This document shows, in pieces, positions 45,544 through 50,089 of a DNA stretch of 50,089 nucleotides. The notes beneath the pieces are model-generated. The model was given only the letters and a program-made list of their open reading frames with translations. It ran no database searches and was not told the DNA's origin. Positions within the stretch are counted from its first letter, which is position 1, and each line of letters opens with the position of its first letter. The DNA comes from Bacteroidota bacterium (GTDB lineage: Bacteria > Bacteroidota > Rhodothermia > Rhodothermales > Rubricoccaceae). The translations under genes were made by a program, and so were the position numbers. The stretch lies in contig JBCBNX010000025.1 of assembly GCA_039821555.1 (NCBI GenBank), forward strand, positions 1-50,089, read 5' to 3'.

Positions 45544-47832
45544 ATGATCCAGGCCTCCGCCCACCTCGACGCGCAGCTTCGCGAACTCAAAGTCGACGCG
45601 AAGTACCGGCGCGGGCTGCGGGTACTGATCGAGCACGCCCGGCGGCGGCTGCCGAGCGTGGACGAGCAGCTGCTCCGCCGCGCCTTCCAGGTGGCCTACT
45701 GGGCGCACCGAAACGACCGCCGCGCCGACGGCTCGCTCTACATCGCGCACCCGCTCGAAGTCGCCACCATCGCCGCGCGGGACATCGCCTTCGACGACGT
45801 GACCGTGGTCGCCGCGCTGCTGCACGACACCGTCGAGGACACCGACATCTCGCTCGACTTCTTGGAGGCTGAGTTTGGAGCCGAGCTCGCGCAGGTCGTG
45901 GACGGCGTCACCAAGATCGACCACGTCTTCGAGAGCAAAAAGCTAGGCCGCGACGAGAACGTGCGCAAGCTCATGCTCTCGATGGCGAGCGACATCCGTG
46001 TCATCCTGGTGAAGTTCGCCGACCGGCTGCACAACATGCGGACGCTAGAGAGCCTCCCGCAGGCGAAGCAACTCCGCATCGCTTCGGACACGCTCGCGCT
46101 CTTTGCGCCGTTGTCGCACCGCTTCGGCCTCAACGCCATCAAGACGGAGTTGGAGGACCTCTGCCTGAAATACATCGACCCGGAGCGCTACCAGCACATC
46201 ACGACGGGGCTGAAGGCCAACCGGCGGCAGCGCGAGACGTACCTCCGCCGCTTCATCGAGCCCGTCCAGAAGGAGCTCGAAGGCGCGGGTCTGACGTTCG
46301 AGATCACCGGGCGCCCGAAGTCGATCTACTCGATCTACCGGAAGATGAAGGCGCAGGATAAAGACCTCGACGAGATCTACGACCTGCTCGCCATTCGCAT
46401 CATCCTGGAGAGCGAAGGCCGCCAGGGCCGCGAGGATTGCTGGCGCGTCTACTCGATCCTCACGGACCTCTACCCGCCCATTCCCGAGCGCTTCCGCGAC
46501 TTTATCTCGCTGCCGAAGTCGAACGGCTACCAGAGCCTCCACACGACCGTCATCGGGCCGAAGGGGCGGCGCATCGAGATCCAGGTGCGCACGCAGGAGA
46601 TGCACGAGATCGCCGAGCGCGGCGTGGCGGCGCACTGGAAGTACAAGGAGAAGAACGCCGACGGCTCCCGGAACAGCCCGCGCGCCGACGAGCGCCTCGA
46701 CTCGCTCTACTCGTGGGTGCGCGACATGCTCGAAAACCCGCAGCCCGACGCGGCGAGCGACTTCGTGCAGGAGTTCTCGCTCAACCTCTACGCCGAGGAG
46801 ATCTACGTCTTCACGCCCGCTGGCGACCTGCTCACGCTCCCGCGCGGCGCTACGCCCGTCGACTTCGCCTACCAGGTGCACACCGAGGTCGGCAACCGCT
46901 GCATCGGCGCTAAGGTCAACGGCAAGATGGTCCCGCTTTCGCACAAGCTGGCCTCCGGCGACCAGGTTGAGATCCTCACGTCGAAGAAGCAGTCGCCCAA
47001 CCCAGACTGGGCGAACTTCGTGGTCACGACGAAGGCGAAGGCCCGCATCCGGCAGCACATCAACGAGAAGCGCCGCAAGGCCGTCGACCAGGGCCGCGCC
47101 GTGTTTGAGAAGCGCCTCGCGAAGGCGGGCGTCGAGATCGACCAGCAGGCCATCGCGCGCACAGCGGCGAAGCTGAAGTTTCCCGACTCGCAGCAGGTCT
47201 TCTACGAGATCGGCACCGGCGCGTACGACGCCGACACGTTTATCACAGCGCTGCGCCGCGGTGCCGAGGCAGCCCGGGTCGAAACCGAACAGGCTAACGC
47301 CGAGACCGCCGAGGCGCAGGCGCGCTACCTCGACCAGGAGGCCACGCGCGTCACGCGCCAGGCCCGCGAGGCCAACCTCCCCGCGCTCATCGTCGACGGC
47401 GAGCCGATGTCGGACCTCGCCACGCGCTACGCCAACTGCTGCAACCCGATCCCCGGCGACGAGGTGGTCGGGTTCGCGAGCAAGACGGGCGCCATCACGA
47501 TCCACCGCGGCACGTGCCGCAACGCGCTCCACCTGATGGCCGAGCAGCCCGAGCGCATCCTGCCCGTGGACTGGAGCCGCCAAAAGGATGCGCAGTTCAT
47601 CGTCGGCCTGCGCATCATCGGCGAGGACCGCGTCGGCATCGTGAGCGACCTCACCACGATGATCTCGAAGAACCAGCGCACCAACATCCGCTCGATCACG
47701 GTCGAGAGCGAGGACGGCATGTTCGAGGGCAACCTCGTGCTCTTCGTGAGCGACCTCAAGCACCTGCAGCGGCTGATGGACCGCATGCGACAGATCGACG
47801 GCATCTTCGGCGTCTATCGGTTTGAAGAGTAG
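45544..47832 (+). CDS. spoT: bifunctional (p)ppGpp synthetase/hydrolase, RelA/SpoT family
   Basis: HD hydrolase domain (HPLEVATIAARDIAFDDVTVVAALLHDTVEDT), synthetase domain (RPKSIYSIYRKM...DLLAIRIIL...GYQSLHTTV), then TGS and C-terminal ACT. Start at MIQASAHLD. Confidence 0.9.
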   Translation: MIQASAHLDAQLRELKVDAKYRRGLRVLIEHARRRLPSVDEQLLRRAFQVAYWAHRNDRRADGSLYIAHPLEVATIAARDIAFDDVTVVAALLHDTVEDTDISLDFLEAEFGAELAQVVDGVTKIDHVFESKKLGRDENVRKLMLSMASDIRVILVKFADRLHNMRTLESLPQAKQLRIASDTLALFAPLSHRFGLNAIKTELEDLCLKYIDPERYQHITTGLKANRRQRETYLRRFIEPVQKELEGAGLTFEITGRPKSIYSIYRKMKAQDKDLDEIYDLLAIRIILESEGRQGREDCWRVYSILTDLYPPIPERFRDFISLPKSNGYQSLHTTVIGPKGRRIEIQVRTQEMHEIAERGVAAHWKYKEKNADGSRNSPRADERLDSLYSWVRDMLENPQPDAASDFVQEFSLNLYAEEIYVFTPAGDLLTLPRGATPVDFAYQVHTEVGNRCIGAKVNGKMVPLSHKLASGDQVEILTSKKQSPNPDWANFVVTTKAKARIRQHINEKRRKAVDQGRAVFEKRLAKAGVEIDQQAIARTAAKLKFPDSQQVFYEIGTGAYDADTFITALRRGAEAARVETEQANAETAEAQARYLDQEATRVTRQAREANLPALIVDGEPMSDLATRYANCCNPIPGDEVVGFASKTGAITIHRGTCRNALHLMAEQPERILPVDWSRQKDAQFIVGLRIIGEDRVGIVSDLTTMISKNQRTNIRSITVESEDGMFEGNLVLFVSDLKHLQRLMDRMRQIDGIFGVYRFEE

Positions 47833-47877
47833 GCCAGCGGTTTGAAGAGTAGGCCAGCGGTTTGAGGAGGAGGCCGG
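47818..47877. repeat. three tandem 20-bp units, CGGTTTGAAGAGTAGGCCAG x2 plus a diverged third, spanning the relA/spoT stop codon
   Basis: Read directly: ...TATCGGTTTGAAGAGTAGGCCAGCGGTTTGAAGAGTAGGCCAGCGGTTTGAGGAGGAGGCCGG. The first unit encodes the last codons (RFEE*) of the gene. Confidence 0.8.
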
Positions 47878-48305
47878 TTCGGGATGAGGCACACTCGGGA
47901 GCGGAAAGGGTTGCCTGTTGCGTATCGGAGCGAGGCCAACACGCACGGCGCCACACGTCCTCACCTATCCAACCCCGACGCCTCGAAGGCCCATGAGGCT
48001 GTAGAAGGCCGGCCGCGTTGGTTCCATATCCTGCACATGTCGTGAAACTTCGCTGAACGGCGTTCACCTGGGTGGCATCTCTGGAACCAACAGCCGGGGC
48101 GTCGGTTGGGGCGGGGCTTCGGCCTCTGTCAGCAAACTCAATTGCTTAGGACAAGAGCCGGGGTGTTACCTTCCCGCCGCCCTCGACGGCTGAGCATGCC
48201 GAACCGCGTCCCCACGCGGGCCTGCTGAGCTGCCCCTGGCGTGCTGATATGCCGCGCCGGTTCTCCGGCTGGCATCTCCCTTCCACCACCACACTGAGAT
48301 CCCCC

Positions 48306-48686
48306 ATGGAAACCAAGCGTGTCGAGACGCTCACCAAGAAAGACGTCTCCCGCCGGGTCGCCCAGTTGATGGACGAGCCGATCTACAAGAGCGAGCCCTG
48401 GGTCAACGCCGTCATCGAAGCGCTGGGCGCGCTCATGCTCGAAGCCGACCCGGAGGTCCGCATCGAGCTGCGCGACTTCGGCGTCTTCGAGGTCAAGAAG
48501 ACCAAAGCCAAGCCCAAGGCCCGCAACCCGAAGACCAACGAGACGGTCTTCATCCCGAGCCGCCGCAAGACCCACTTCAAGCCGAGCAAGCGCCTCAAGG
48601 AAGAACTCCAGCGCCCGCTCGCCGACCTGGGCTATGCCATCCCCGAGGGCAGCGCCGACTCGCCGCACCTCAACGGCAAGCACTAG
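48306..48686 (+). CDS. HU/IHF-family DNA-binding protein with a C-terminal extension
   Basis: Start METKRVETLTKKDVSRRVAQLM. DNA-binding arm RDFGVFEVKKTKAKPKARNPKTNETVFIPSRRKTHFKPSKRLKEEL. Confidence 0.85.
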   Translation: METKRVETLTKKDVSRRVAQLMDEPIYKSEPWVNAVIEALGALMLEADPEVRIELRDFGVFEVKKTKAKPKARNPKTNETVFIPSRRKTHFKPSKRLKEELQRPLADLGYAIPEGSADSPHLNGKH

Positions 48687-48902
48687 GCGACACGGATCGC
48701 ACTACGACGGAGAGGCCGGGGGCAACCTCGGCCTTTTCTTGTTGGGTGTCCGTAGTCTGTCGTGTGCTGTCCGTAGCAGACGGAGGTCTGCACCGCCTCG
48801 GTAGCAAAGTCACCGTCTGTGGTAAACCTCCTCCACGAACCACAGCGGGCAAAGCGCGCGTCCCACAAGCGAGCCGGAGGCGAACGAACAACGGACCATC
48901 TT

Positions 48903-49328
48903 ATGCCCCGTATCGCTGCTGTTGACTATGGCACCAAGCGCGTCGGCCTCGCCGTGACGGATCCGCTCGGCCTGTTCGCGCAGCCCATCGGCACGTTCGA
49001 CGCGAAGGGCGCGGTGGACGAGCTGCGGCGGCTGGCACAGGGCACCGGCACCGAGGAGCTCACGCTCGTGCTCGTCGGCTGGCCGCTGCTGCCTGACGGC
49101 ACGGAAGGCGCGATGGTCGAGAAGGTGCGTCCCTACCTCAACCGCCTCCGGAACGCGCTCCCCAGCGTGCGCGTGGAGCCCTACGACGAGCGGACCACGT
49201 CGCGCCGCGCCCAGCGTGCGCTGCTCGCCGCAGGCGCGTCGAAGAAAGGCCGCCGCGACAAGGCCCGCCTCAACGCCGCCGCCGCCGCCGTCCTCCTCCA
49301 AGACTACCTCGATGAAGTGGGAGGGTAG
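48903..49328 (+). CDS. ruvX: Holliday-junction resolvase-like RuvX/YqgF (pre-16S rRNA nuclease)
   Basis: MPRIAAVDYGTKRVGLAVTDPLG... is the conserved YqgF N-terminus. 141 aa. Confidence 0.85.
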   Translation: MPRIAAVDYGTKRVGLAVTDPLGLFAQPIGTFDAKGAVDELRRLAQGTGTEELTLVLVGWPLLPDGTEGAMVEKVRPYLNRLRNALPSVRVEPYDERTTSRRAQRALLAAGASKKGRRDKARLNAAAAAVLLQDYLDEVGG

Positions 49329-49409
49329 AAGTAGGAAGCTAGAAGTGGTTCTCGTAAGCCACTCTAGTCTCTCGACTTCTAACTTCTCACCTCGCACTTC
49401 CTACTTCGA
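49326..49409. repeat. purine-rich palindromic intergenic repeat, copy 3 (between ruvX and def)
   Basis: Left arm TAGAAGTAGGAAGCTAGAAGTGG. Right arm ACTTCTAACTTCTCACCTCGCACTTCCTACTTCG. Confidence 0.55.
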
Positions 49410-49413
49410 CCCC

Positions 49414-50016
49414 ATGGTGCTTTCCATCTACACGCTCGGCCAGCCCGTCCTGCGCCAGGAAACCGCGCTCGTTGAGGCCGACTCGCCCGAGCTGCAGCAG
49501 CTCATCGACGACATGATCGAGACGATGCATGGCGCGAGCGGCATCGGACTGGCAGCCCCGCAGGTGGGGCGTACGGAGCGGCTCTTCGTGGTGGACCTCA
49601 GCCACCTCGCCGACGACCTGATGGAGGACCTCGGCCTGACCGACCCCGCTGACCTGCCGACCTGGGCGCGCGGCCCGCAGGCGTTCATCAATCCCGAGAT
49701 CGAACCCGTCGAGCCGGACGTGACGAGCGAGTTCGAAGAAGGCTGCCTTTCGATCCCCGACCTCCGCGAGGACGTGACGCGCCCCGACTCGGTCCGCGTG
49801 CGCTACCTCGACCGCCACCTCGCCGAGCAGGAAGTCCTCGCCACCGGCATGCTCGCGCGCGTCGTGCAGCACGAGAACGACCACCTCGACGGGGTGCTGT
49901 TCGTGGACCACCTCTCGCCGCTCAAGAAGCGCCTCCTCAAGCGCCGCCTCCGCCGCATGGCCGAGGGTGACGTCGAGGCCGATTACCCGCTCGCCATCCC
50001 GCAACAGGCGACTTAG
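49414..50016 (+). CDS. def: peptide deformylase
   Basis: Motifs GIGLAAPQVG, EGCLSIPD and the metal-binding HENDHLDG. Start at MVLSIYTLGQPVLRQ. Confidence 0.9.
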   Translation: MVLSIYTLGQPVLRQETALVEADSPELQQLIDDMIETMHGASGIGLAAPQVGRTERLFVVDLSHLADDLMEDLGLTDPADLPTWARGPQAFINPEIEPVEPDVTSEFEEGCLSIPDLREDVTRPDSVRVRYLDRHLAEQEVLATGMLARVVQHENDHLDGVLFVDHLSPLKKRLLKRRLRRMAEGDVEADYPLAIPQQAT

Positions 50017-50089
50017 AGCCTATCCCAATAGGTAGTCGTCGGACGTGAGAGGGCAACGCCGCCACACGATCACCGCGCACGCCAGGTGA

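Noticed and set aside
46045-47964. 639-aa antisense ORF within relA/spoT
   Set aside because: It lies opposite a strongly motif-supported gene and has generic high-GC antisense composition.
47878-48305. ~430-nt gap upstream of the HU-family gene as a possible ncRNA (6S/SRP/tmRNA)
   Set aside because: I could not find any diagnostic conserved motif by eye (tmRNA ends, SRP GGAA tetraloop helix, RNase P boxes). It is left as ordinary promoter or 5' UTR space.

Overview
High-GC (about 65-70%) chromosomal segment that looks Bacteroidota/Rhodothermota-like, judging by the T9SS C-terminal sorting domains, the CarbopepD-type TonB-dependent receptors and an MCE/Mla operon. The window opens in the 3' end of an rRNA operon (23S 3' domain, then 5S, then a strong terminator). 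After that it is gene-dense, with mostly envelope and housekeeping genes. These include TonB-dependent receptors, T9SS cargo proteins, an arylsulfotransferase-family lipoprotein, infA and an mlaE-mlaF-mlaD-like operon. Next come a PadR regulator overlapping a MacB/FtsX-type permease, a NUDIX hydrolase, nadE and a VanX-like dipeptidase. A TetR regulator next to an SDR gene, a Rad52/DdrA-like gene, relA/spoT, an HU-family gene, ruvX and def complete the set. Set into this backbone are several things I would look at again. (1) A four-gene locus: an NfeD/YqiJ-like membrane protein, a flotillin (SPFH) protein, a 1714-aa protein with a C-terminal MoxR-like AAA+ ATPase, and a translationally coupled 163-aa ORF. 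It is immediately followed by a hicBA toxin-antitoxin cassette bracketed by a 20-bp perfect direct repeat. (2) A lower-GC islet carrying an HTH-DUF433 / DUF5615(PIN-like) pair flanked by imperfect direct repeats. (3) A family of purine-rich palindromic intergenic repeats found three times inside operons. (4) A (CGACCCT)x8 heptamer tandem array that reads (GGGTCGA)n on the coding strand and is G-quadruplex-capable, lying between the TetR and SDR genes. (5) An orphan intrinsic terminator in an AT-rich gap next to the Rad52-like gene. (6) An ~860-nt non-coding gap upstream of the flotillin locus. I found no CRISPR array, no tRNA and no complete mobile element. Several long ORFs on the track are overlapping or antisense artifacts of the high GC content.
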